64,000 nucleotides of DNA from Longimicrobiales bacterium (lineage in GTDB: Bacteria > Gemmatimonadota > Gemmatimonadetes > Longimicrobiales > Gaopeijiaceae), in the NCBI GenBank assembly GCA_965219445.1, contig CBDCNQ010000005.1, forward strand, positions 1,440,001 to 1,504,000, in the 5' to 3' direction. Below the pieces are notes generated by a model. That model was not told the DNA's origin. It did no database searches and was given only the letters and a program-made list of their open reading frames with translations. This document shows, one piece after another, positions 52,312 to 61,546 of this stretch (its first letter is position 1; the number at the start of each line of letters is the position of its first letter). Made by a program: the position numbers and the translations under genes.

Positions 52312-53046
52312 TCATGAAGCGGCGTTACGGCCTTGTGAAATTTCCCCTGGCTGCCGTCCCATTACAGCGATGTACGCCGCCGCGGCCACAGACGCGGCCG
52401 TGATCCACAGCACGAGCCAGGCGGTCGGCGGGATTCCAGCCTCATCGGCAAACCGGGCGAGGCCCATCTGGCTGCTGAAGAAAGTGTGAGCGGTGATGAG
52501 GAGGACCACGCCGTAATCGAACATCCGGTCAAGGAGTCGCAAAACCCCGGCCAAGAGCACGAAGACCGTCGTCGCGCTGTGCCCCACGATACTGACCGCG
52601 CTGTGTTGCTCATGTTGCAAAAACACCACCGCAAACGCGGCGGCCGCGATCAGGATCTGAATGGACGGGAGTACCTCGGTATACCGAGTCGTCACCAGGA
52701 CGAAGGCTGCGAGCCCGAGCAGCATCAGGTTCAGAGAGACGTGTTGGAGCTCGGCCCTGCCGGCACCATCGAAGATTCCGAGTGGAGGATGCATGATGAA
52801 GGTGTCGACGAGGATGTAGAGCGACGCGGCGCCAAGAGCCAGATAGGCCTCGATCTGTATGAGTCGACGCATATCGAGCGTCCTAGACATGCTCGTGAGT
52901 CCGGCGCTCGCAAATAGCATCGCGGGGCCGAGATGGCCGAAGAACTGGAGAACCCCAACCCTGTCCGAGAATACTCCGGCGAAATAAGCGAGGCCGGTGA
53001 CCGCCAAGACGTGCGCCGCGGCCAATTGGGACGCTTTCTTTAGCAT
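52312..53046 (-). CDS. Hypothetical polytopic membrane protein
   Basis: 7-8 hydrophobic segments with several membrane-proximal His. Confidence 0.7.
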   Translation of the reverse strand: MLKKASQLAAAHVLAVTGLAYFAGVFSDRVGVLQFFGHLGPAMLFASAGLTSMSRTLDMRRLIQIEAYLALGAASLYILVDTFIMHPPLGIFDGAGRAELQHVSLNLMLLGLAAFVLVTTRYTEVLPSIQILIAAAAFAVVFLQHEQHSAVSIVGHSATTVFVLLAGVLRLLDRMFDYGVVLLITAHTFFSSQMGLARFADEAGIPPTAWLVLWITAASVAAAAYIAVMGRQPGEISQGRNAAS

Positions 53047-53358
53047 GGCTCGTGGGTCCCCCGTGAACTTGATGGCCCCCCCGGCGCGGGAGAGGGAAGC
53101 TTCCCCCGCGTAGGGGGGCAGTCAAGGGCGCTGACCGAGCGCCGCCGGGAATCCGGCGGGGTATCCATGTGGCGCATATCACGGAGCTCAGGGGAAAGGG
53201 AGGGGTGGTAGGGGGCAGCCCGAGCAGCCCGAGCGGCCCAACCACCCCACCTAAGAGACCAGGCTTCATTGTTTTCCGGGGCGATGATAGAACGATGATG
53301 CCGGCCACCTATGATGTCCGTCTCAAAGTCCTGATGTCACGCCCACTGGAGGAAGGTT

Positions 53359-54270
53359 ATGAAAGCCCGGCCAGCCCAAGCCCTTCCACTTTCCCTCTTC
53401 TCACCGCCCTACAACCGGCTTGAACCACTGCGCTGGGACGACCGTCGCTTCGCGCAACCCAGCGGTCCCGGCACCGGACTAGTGTGGCAACTCGGGCTTG
53501 GAAGCTGGAACGGCGTATTCAAGGTCGTTCGCCGCCGTCCACCCGGGATGGCACTTGTCGTCATCCTGCCTGCGACGGTTGATCTCGATTCGGAGCCGCA
53601 GCTGCTACGCGTAGTCGAGGCATGTCGCCCTCATAGCATCCTGCCTTTCCATCGTGAGCCACAGGTCGACGATCTCAGTGGGCTCCTCAGGCGAGAGCCC
53701 GAGGACCTCTCGGTGGAGGTCATGGACTATCTGCAATGGCGTGGTATCAATGTGGATATCGAGGTCCGACGGCTGATCCGAAGAACCATCGACCTTTCCT
53801 CAGAATTACGCAGTATCACGGCCCTTGCTCGATCCCTTTACCTCTCCAGGCGCGCTCTTGGACGGCGCTTCCTAACGAACGGGCTGCCCGTGCCTTCGCA
53901 TTGGCTCCATTTCGGTCGGGTGCTACGCGCCGCCCTTTGCCTCCAAAGTTCCGGCGTAACCTTGGCGGAGGCCGCTAGCCGATTGGGATATCCCGACGGT
54001 TTCGCATTGTCGAACCAAATGCAACGCCTCGTAGGTGTCCGCCCCTCCGACACACGACGTTATCTCGGATGGGAGTGGCTCGTCGAGGCATGGATCCGCA
54101 CGGAGGCGGCCAGCGGTGGCTTTTCAAGCCACATGTGGGGTACTTTGACCAAAGACTTCAGCTTAGCCCCCGCTCGGCGGGCGGCGGCTGACCCTGACGA
54201 AGAGCAAAAGACTGAGATTTCGAGCGGCCCTCCCCCCCGGCCCAGCGAGAAGGAGCGGTCCCGGTTGTAA
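53359..54270 (+). CDS. Divergent AraC-family regulator
   Basis: ITALARSLYLSRRALGRRF, LAEAASRLGYPDGFALSNQMQRLVGVRPS; GGAGG RBS. Confidence 0.85.
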   Translation: MKARPAQALPLSLFSPPYNRLEPLRWDDRRFAQPSGPGTGLVWQLGLGSWNGVFKVVRRRPPGMALVVILPATVDLDSEPQLLRVVEACRPHSILPFHREPQVDDLSGLLRREPEDLSVEVMDYLQWRGINVDIEVRRLIRRTIDLSSELRSITALARSLYLSRRALGRRFLTNGLPVPSHWLHFGRVLRAALCLQSSGVTLAEAASRLGYPDGFALSNQMQRLVGVRPSDTRRYLGWEWLVEAWIRTEAASGGFSSHMWGTLTKDFSLAPARRAAADPDEEQKTEISSGPPPRPSEKERSRL

Positions 54271-54315
54271 GAGACCAGGCGTTAAGAACTAAACCTCGCG
54301 AGCGAGGCGACCCAA

Positions 54316-57300
54316 GTGAGCGCTCACACCAACACTGACGATCCCCTGCGTACTGAGGTGCGTCTCTTCGGAGGGCCCCTGGTGCTCGTGGACGGCGAGG
54401 CGATCAAGCTATCGAAATATCAATCGTACCTCATTGCTCTCGTTTTCGGACACGGAGAGGAAGGGATCTCGCGTTCTCGACTGATCGACTTCTTGTGGGA
54501 TGAGCCCGACGGGGCTGCTCAACGTCATCGGTTGAGTCAGCTGTTGCATGGCGTCACGAAGAAATGCAGTCGGAAGATCATACGGGACGACGGGGGATTC
54601 TTACTAAGCGACCTCTCGGACCTGTCGTGCGACCTCACGCGAGTACTGCGGTCGGTCAGAGGCCAGGATTTTCACGGACTGGACGCGCCGTGCGTCGCTG
54701 ACTTTCTCTCCCGCGTCGAAAACGCACCGACGGTCGCGTTCGAGAGCTGGCATGAATCATCGGCCCGACAGATAGAGGATCACTTCACGGACGCCTTATC
54801 GGCAGCTTGTTCGAGCGCTGAAGCGGAGGCGAGATGGTCCGACCTGGGCGGCCTCTTAACCGTGGCGGTCAACGCCTACCCACCAAATGAAGATTTTCTA
54901 CAGCGTTCTATCCGCCACCTCGTCATGACCGACAGCGCTGATCAGGTCCCAAAAGCGGTGTCAGATTTCGCGGCCTGGTGGGAAAGAGCCCACGGGAGGT
55001 CGTGGGTCCCGGAGCGCGCAACTTCGGAGCTGTGCCAGGAGGCCACCGAGAGTGGCCCTCTGGGGCGAAACACGGATGTCGGAGGCAGCACTACTCCCCT
55101 GGTTGGCCGAGGGCCTGAGCTGAAGTTTCTTCATACACGGCTGTCCGCACGAAAGACAGAGCCGCGACTCATCGTCGTGATGGGAGAAGCAGGAATTGGC
55201 AAAACGAGGATCATCGAGGAGGCGATGCGGCGGATTCGCCTGGACGGTATACGGACTCTTGCGGCCAGGGGAGCTGAATTTGAGGACTGCATTCCCCTTA
55301 GCCCGATCATCGATGTGCTTCAGCAACTGTCGACAGAAGATCTTTCCGTCCTGGGTGAGCCCTGGGTAACGGTGCTGCGAGGCCTCCTGCCGCGAGCACA
55401 CGGAGCACCGGAGAAGACCATCCCGCCCCCCCTCCGACCGTTGAGCCTATCTCGGCGCCTGATGGAAGCCTTTCTTCTTCTGTTCGAACATCTCTCGGAA
55501 CGTCAGCCCCTCACGCTATTTCTTGACGACGTACACTGGATGGACGAGACCTCACTCGCGGTCATTCAGTTCGTCAGGCGGCGGGCCAAGGGTGATCTCA
55601 CGATGGTTCTGGTGTTGACCACCGAGTTGATCCAGAAGCGGGCTTACGTTCAGGAGTTCCTGACCTCCATCAACGGGCAGTACGAACGTCTGTCCGTGGA
55701 AGAACTCGACTCGACCTCCGCGGAGGCCATCGTAGATCACCTCACCCAGGGAGTTCTGCCACCTAGGACACTGGAGTCGATCTGCGCTTTGGGCGCCGGC
55801 AACGCATTCTATCTCACCGAGCTGGCGGCCGAGGCCAACGCAGGACGGCTGGAATTCACCACGGAGCTCGACGAGCCCGCGATTCCTCCGTCAGTGCACA
55901 ACCTCCTCCAGCCCAGATTATTGGAGCTTTCCACAGATGCTAGGGATCTGCTTGCGATATTGGCGATCTGGGGGCAGACACAGCCTCTAGCCGACACCGC
56001 CGAGATGCTGAACAAGACGCTGTCTACCCTCATCGAGCCGAGCGAGGAGCTGCTGCGTTCCCGGCTAGTGGTTGAGGATGAGGGAGGATGTCGTATCGGG
56101 CACCCACTCGTTCGCAGGGCCGTTTATGATTCTCTTAGCACGGCGCGGCGTCGGATGTTGCACGAACACGTGGCCCAATCTCTCAACGCGGACGACGAAG
56201 CCAATTGGGGAGCCCTGGCGATGCACTTCGACAGGGCCGGTAAGGCCACGGAGGCCGTCAAATATTCAATGCTTGCGGCAGAGTTCGCGCAGCGGTCGGG
56301 GGCAATTCCAGAGGCTATCAGACACCTGTCGATCGCCCGGCGGAACGAATCCAATGTGGAAGCAAGGAGTGATATCCTCTGGAGATTGGGGCACCTCCAT
56401 TACCTCCGCCAGGATTTGGCAACCGCGGCTCCCATACTCGGGCTCTCCTGTGAAGGCTTGAGAGCGGCGGGTCGGCGAGGTAGAGCCTGGGAGGCCGAAC
56501 TTGAGGAAATGGATTGCCTCCTTCGCCTCAATCCAGGCCTGACTGCCGACCTCCTGGCCAGGCTTCACGAGATGGAAACAACCCTCAAATCCGAAGGGGA
56601 ATCTGAGGCCTATGCTAAGGCTTTGGATATTGAAGTTCACGCGCTCGACCGAAAGGGAGATGTCCAAGCGATTCGAGCAAAGCTCGAAGAGGCCGATGCA
56701 TTGAGCAGAGTCGGCACACCCCGGGCACAGTGCAGGGCGCATTGCACGTTGGCATTACACCAACTATACGGCATACCCGAGCTCGCCCTCGCGAGTGCTC
56801 GAAAGGCAGTCGCTTTGGCGAAGGCACACGACTCGGTCGCTGAGAGACCGATCGCCATAAATCGGCTAATTGTTGTCCTAAACTATCAGGGACTATTGGC
56901 CTCCACAGGAGGTCTGAATCTCATCACCGACGCGGAAACGGCGGCGGCGCTGACGGGCGATCTACTGCTTCGGTTCACCCTTCGACTTAATAGGGGCGTA
57001 TGGCACTTGGATTCCGGTAATTATGATGCTGCCGAGGTTTCCTTCTGCGAAGCGAGAGAGATAGTCGAGAGTGGAGACTCGGAGGCTGCAAGTGTCCTTC
57101 TGGACGTCAATTGTGGGGAACTCAACTTGGGGCTGGGAAAAAACTCGAAGGCCTTAGAGTTTTTCGAACGAGTAATGAATAAGGATCCGGAATCCCTGCC
57201 CGCTAACCTCTCCCTGAGCGCCAAGGCGGGGTTGGGAATATGCGAACTTCACCAGGGCAATCTGCGGCGTGCCGTCGAGAGGCATGATCTAATGCAATTC

Positions 57301-57582
57301 CCAAGCCATTGGTCCTTCGACCCAACGCTACCCATCACTTTCCGAGCCCGCATTCGTCGGTGCAATAGTGACCTGCCGGGTGCCTTAGGAGTCTTGCGTG
57401 CGACCGCTGAACAAGTCGAAACGAGGTTCCCCTTGAGTTGGATCAAGCTTCGTATGGAGGAAATTCGACTCTTACGAACCACCGACGAAGCCACGGCAGG
57501 CCGGCTGGCCGACGATGTGTCAAGAAAGGCTATGAACTTGGGACTCACTCATCAGCAGAAGAGAATTCAAGCCCTCGTTTAA
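54316..57582 (+). CDS. SARP-like wHTH/BTAD + STAND NTPase + TPR regulator
   Basis: ISRSRLIDFLW, LVGRGPEL, GEAGIGKT (Walker A), LFLDDVHWMD (Walker B), GNAFYL, helical TPR-like C-terminus. Confidence 0.88.
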   Translation: MSAHTNTDDPLRTEVRLFGGPLVLVDGEAIKLSKYQSYLIALVFGHGEEGISRSRLIDFLWDEPDGAAQRHRLSQLLHGVTKKCSRKIIRDDGGFLLSDLSDLSCDLTRVLRSVRGQDFHGLDAPCVADFLSRVENAPTVAFESWHESSARQIEDHFTDALSAACSSAEAEARWSDLGGLLTVAVNAYPPNEDFLQRSIRHLVMTDSADQVPKAVSDFAAWWERAHGRSWVPERATSELCQEATESGPLGRNTDVGGSTTPLVGRGPELKFLHTRLSARKTEPRLIVVMGEAGIGKTRIIEEAMRRIRLDGIRTLAARGAEFEDCIPLSPIIDVLQQLSTEDLSVLGEPWVTVLRGLLPRAHGAPEKTIPPPLRPLSLSRRLMEAFLLLFEHLSERQPLTLFLDDVHWMDETSLAVIQFVRRRAKGDLTMVLVLTTELIQKRAYVQEFLTSINGQYERLSVEELDSTSAEAIVDHLTQGVLPPRTLESICALGAGNAFYLTELAAEANAGRLEFTTELDEPAIPPSVHNLLQPRLLELSTDARDLLAILAIWGQTQPLADTAEMLNKTLSTLIEPSEELLRSRLVVEDEGGCRIGHPLVRRAVYDSLSTARRRMLHEHVAQSLNADDEANWGALAMHFDRAGKATEAVKYSMLAAEFAQRSGAIPEAIRHLSIARRNESNVEARSDILWRLGHLHYLRQDLATAAPILGLSCEGLRAAGRRGRAWEAELEEMDCLLRLNPGLTADLLARLHEMETTLKSEGESEAYAKALDIEVHALDRKGDVQAIRAKLEEADALSRVGTPRAQCRAHCTLALHQLYGIPELALASARKAVALAKAHDSVAERPIAINRLIVVLNYQGLLASTGGLNLITDAETAAALTGDLLLRFTLRLNRGVWHLDSGNYDAAEVSFCEAREIVESGDSEAASVLLDVNCGELNLGLGKNSKALEFFERVMNKDPESLPANLSLSAKAGLGICELHQGNLRRAVERHDLMQFPSHWSFDPTLPITFRARIRRCNSDLPGALGVLRATAEQVETRFPLSWIKLRMEEIRLLRTTDEATAGRLADDVSRKAMNLGLTHQQKRIQALV

Positions 57583-57665
57583 ACGCCTGCCGAACAAACT
57601 CGAGGACATCTCTTTCTCGATTACCGACAAACAAGAACGTAACGCGCGGTTGGTCGGCGCTCAGG

Positions 57666-59055
57666 TCACCGGTTCAGCCTCCCCCAGGATGCCTCAGATC
57701 TTCGTCGATAAGTTCCCGTTGAGGCGCTTCCATGGATCGTCTCTGGCACATTCAAGCCAGCTGCTAAGATCTCGTCGGCGTGGTCTTGCAGCACCGAGGA
57801 CGATACGATCGCGTGGACGACGCCGGGATCAAACTGTGTACCGCAGAACTCGAGTAATTCCTCCCGAACGACAGCGAGTGGAAGGGCCTTTCGATAGGGT
57901 CGGTCGGACAGCATCGCATCTATTGCATCCGCCACCTTGATAATTCGAGCGCCTATGGGGATCTCGTTTCCGACTAGTCCGTGCGGATATCCTCCACCAT
58001 CTACGCGCTCATGATGGTGTCGAACGGCACCAAGCACAGCCTCAGGGTAGGACGAAAGTGACTCGAGTAGCTCTACGCCCGTCGTGACATGAGATTGGAT
58101 CACCCTCCGTTCGAGCACGTTGAGTGGCCCTTCCTTCTGAAGGATTTCCACGTAGATCTCGTCGATCTTCCCAATATCATGAAGCAGCGCTGCAGTCTCG
58201 ACGTATTTGGCCTGTGTAGTGGAGAGACCCAAGGGTTTCGGCAATGCGACGGGATAACGTTGAAACACGCTGCGAATGGCCGGACGTGTACGGATCGCGA
58301 ACATCGATGGCCTTGACGAGAGCCTTCAAGAGGTTGGCACTCACCTCCTGAAGCTGGAAGGTCCTGAGGTAGGCTGTTCGGATGAACAAGAGGGGCAAAA
58401 TGACGAGAAGAAAGCCAGCAATGTTGTAATCCACATAAAGAAATGCCATTACGATCGAGATCGGACTTATAAGCAGATCGTAACCCAGATTCGCACCTGA
58501 GCGGCCTACAACAAGGTCCAATACCCTTCGGAATGGCATGCTCTCCATGATCGCAATGGCGATGGCCACGGCGCTTTGATTGACCACGAGGAAAGTCAAG
58601 CCGAATCCGACAAGTTGAACGCCCTGAATCGCGAACGGTGTGGTGACTGTAGCCTGTGGAACACCGCCAAGCGCCTCAAACACGATGCCCCCCACGACCG
58701 TACAAAGCAGATACTGACTGATGTTGAAGATCGCTTTGATGGGCTCGTTCCGGCGAACAATGACCTCGCCGAACGCGCCGGTGGCAGCGTGGAGGATTAC
58801 CGCAGGAACCGGCCCGAAAAGCAGGACGCAGGTAAGCAGCGGCAAAAACGTGATCGACGAACTGCCTGAATTTCCCGCGAGCTTGACCTTAATGGAGAGG
58901 GCTTCCGAGACGAGACCCAGTATCACGAGAGATAACAAGCCCGCCCAGGACTCAAATGATAGGGAGCTCAGGACCCCCCAATCCAGCAAGAAAAAGGATC
59001 CTGTAGCGAGCGCCACAACGCATCCAACATAGATCCTAAACGAGCTGCTCTGCAT
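57666..59055 (-). CDS. Membrane-bound HD-GYP phosphodiesterase, frameshifted at 58228-58230
   Basis: 7-8 TM helices; RDPYTSGHSQRV in frame A; LHDIGK, HHERVDGGGYP, DAIDAMLSDRPYR in frame B; removing one G joins the frames. Confidence 0.88.
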
Positions 59056-59082
59056 GCGCGAAAGCCCCCCTCGACGGCCCGT

Positions 59083-59145
59083 CTAGATACCCAAAATGCC
59101 TCTAAAGAGCAAAGCTCCTAGAAAATTGAACAGAGAGCTAAACAT
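59083..59145 (-). CDS. Unannotated 20-aa hydrophobic peptide MFSSLFNFLGALLFRGILGI
   Basis: ATG at 59145, TAG at 59083; AAGGAGGTG Shine-Dalgarno 6 nt upstream; co-oriented between two genes. Confidence 0.8.
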   Translation of the reverse strand: MFSSLFNFLGALLFRGILGI

Positions 59146-59275
59146 GAGCTGCACCTCCTTTCGTAGGTGTCAGCTTCTACCGCTCAAGAAGCTGCGGCCG
59201 CTTCGCTCGCTCCCCGCTCCGCTCTTGGCCCGTCGAGGGGGTCTCCCTTTTACTTTGAGTCTTGCGGGGCTCCGC

Positions 59276-59965
59276 TCAGATTCTGCCTCGGACCCAACGG
59301 TCCGCGGCCTGTAGCGTCCCCATTATTACAGCCCTATCGGCTGTGTCTTCAACGGCCGCAGCCCCCGCGAGGGCCGTGATCGACCGTCCGTGAATCGCAT
59401 GTATCCCAACCAAGACGAACTGTCCGTCGAACGCCTCGACTGGTTTCACTCCATCTACTGATAACGCTACTTCACCCTCGCCGAGTAAGGCAATGATCGC
59501 CCTCTCGATGGCACGCAGCGTCGCCTCGAGTCTCGCCCGAGGAAGGTCGGCCCCACTCGCTTCTCCCTCATACTGCTCGCCGCCCCACTCCACCGTGACG
59601 GCGACCCTCACTCGGTGCGCCTTCTCCGCGTTGACCCGGTGGGTCACGAAGAGAAACCGCCCCTCTGCACTCCGGCCTCCGAACCCCCTCAAAGCTGTCA
59701 GCGCAGCAGCCTGCTCATCTTCTTTCTGCGCGACCGACACCTTTCGGTGGTCGATCTTCAGACCGAAGTGAGCCAGCAGCGCCGACTCCACATTCCGGAC
59801 CGACTGTTTCGCCGGCACGTCCCCCTCCGTGAGGAGGTGGATCTCCTCTATCACTCCACCGGGGCGAGCCACGACTCGCGCCGACACGACTCCCCGAAGT
59901 GAGTTGAGAAGCGACTCTGCCCTCTCGATGTTCCACTCAGATTTGGGGGTCAGTTCTGCGTCCAC
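59276..59965 (-). CDS. Conserved hypothetical protein
   Basis: GVVSARVV...IEEIHLL...KQSVRNVESAL...IDHRKVSVAQ; first gene of the peptide/HD-GYP unit. Confidence 0.8.
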   Translation of the reverse strand: MDAELTPKSEWNIERAESLLNSLRGVVSARVVARPGGVIEEIHLLTEGDVPAKQSVRNVESALLAHFGLKIDHRKVSVAQKEDEQAAALTALRGFGGRSAEGRFLFVTHRVNAEKAHRVRVAVTVEWGGEQYEGEASGADLPRARLEATLRAIERAIIALLGEGEVALSVDGVKPVEAFDGQFVLVGIHAIHGRSITALAGAAAVEDTADRAVIMGTLQAADRWVRGRI

Positions 59966-60449
59966 TACTTTGCGGGTTCGAGGAACGATTTATTGGGCGA
60001 GTCCGAGCAACGACCATTCCGGCCACTCGAACTTGGCCCCACTCCACCGTTCATCGTTCCGGCATTCATGGCCGGCAGAACCGCAGCCCCCTTTGCGTGG
60101 GTTCTCCCTCTCATCTGTTTCCGAGTCGAAATTTTCCTGGACACATCCCTCCTGCGCACGAGTATTCTCGTCCTGAGGGGGGAAATTGAGGCACTTGATA
60201 TGAAGGCCAAAGGCGACGCCTGTCAAGGATTTCATTTTTTTCGCAAACATTTGACGTCAACGGGAGCCGTCATCGCTCTAAGTTGGTTCAGGGATGTAAC
60301 CTTAGGAAAGTGTCCAAAATAGGAAACACTTGGAGTTGGGTTCTGACCGGGTCAGCCACCCAGCGATCTGGACACAGCCTCGGGCCTCAGTATAGACTAC
60401 ACGATACGGGTGAACACCTAGAAGCTCGCCTCAACAGGACCCCGAAACC

Positions 60450-61161
60450 ATGGTGAAATCCGGCGGTGCGGCCGCACTCGTCTTCGTTCTCTCCCTCCTT
60501 CTCGGTGGCTGCGCCTCGGGTGGCTCGATCCCGGTTGTGGACGTCGTGAATCTTCCATCGGTGACGCGAACGGGTATTCAGCCGGGGCGACCAGGTGAGC
60601 ATCGCCTTCTACACGGCGGCGGGAACAAGACTGGACGAGGTCTCCGGTGAGCGCACGGTGGATCCCAACGGCGAGCTCTTTCTTCCCTTTCTCGGTACCG
60701 TCTCGGTACTCGGGATGGAGTCGGCCGACATCCGGAAGCTCCTGGAGGAGCGGTATGGAGCCCTCTATTCGAGTCCGGTCGTCGAGGTGGTCACACAGGT
60801 GAATGTGAACATCACGGGCGCGGTCCGGATTCCAGGCCAGTATTTCGTCTCGCCTTCGGCGACGTTGGTCGATGCCCTGGCTCTCGCCGGGGGAGCAACG
60901 TCCGAGCTCGACTTCTCACTGCAGGGTGGAGCGTCCGATCCGAGCCAAGTGCGCCTCGTCCGCGACGGCGTCGGCACGGTGCTCGACCTGCGTCCCCTCG
61001 ACGTACGCCCCGAGGTGATCGACCTCCTGGTCCAGTCGGGTGACTGGCTCTACGTGCCCAGAGCTCAGAGCTCCCAACTCAGACAGGATGTTTCCTTCTG
61101 GGGGAGTGTGCTCAGCACCCTCTTCACTGGGGTATCCCTCGTCATCCTGATCGCCCGGTAG
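60450..61161 (+). CDS. Wza/SLBB polysaccharide-export-like lipoprotein, frameshifted at G4 60584-60587
   Basis: LGGC lipobox; IQPG/DQV, VDPNGELFLPFLG, ITGAVRIPG, LVDALALAGG, QSGDWLYVP. Confidence 0.8.
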
Positions 61162-61236
61162 ATCCCTGCGAAGTCCTTGACACCCCCCGGCTCAGCGGTA
61201 GAGTATTTCTGTCGATGCACGCCTGGTAAGAACCGA

Positions 61237-61309
61237 TCCCGCGTAGCTCAGTTGGTAGAGCAGACGGCTGTTAACCGTCTTGTCGCTGGTTCGAGTCCAG
61301 CCGCGGGAG
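61237..61309 (+). tRNA. tRNA-Asn(GTT)
   Basis: TCCCGCG/CGCGGGA acceptor stem, AGCTCAGTTGGTAGAGC D arm, GACGG-CTGTTAA-CCGTC, GGTTCGAGTCC; CCA not encoded; upstream TTGACA-16-TAGAGT. Confidence 0.97.
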
Positions 61310-61546
61310 TTTTCTTGGAGACGGTCCGGCACCTCCCCCCAGGGGGTCGGGCCCTTTCGCTATCGCGCTTCTCTCAGGTGGTCGCTCCGGGGCCGACCCC
61401 GGTTCCCGCCTGGACCTGACCGCCCGTTCTTTTAGCTTCAGGGTTTGCCCCTCATCAGCGGGCGCCGACCCGAGATCGTTCTTGGAACGAAGGCTGGGCG
61501 ACGGAAATTGGGGCTGGACCAAAAGGCATCTTGGATGGAGGGCTCG

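Noticed and set aside
60080..60125. c-di-GMP riboswitch in the leader of the peptide operon
   Set aside because: Only fragments (GGAAAC, CGCAAAG) match; the class I and II cores are missing
59965..60250. 81-86 aa ORFs upstream of the conserved hypothetical gene
   Set aside because: No SD and no recognisable protein features; treated as leader or promoter DNA
61237..61309. tRNA-Asn as an island attachment site
   Set aside because: No integrase, and no duplicated tRNA 3' end seen in the window
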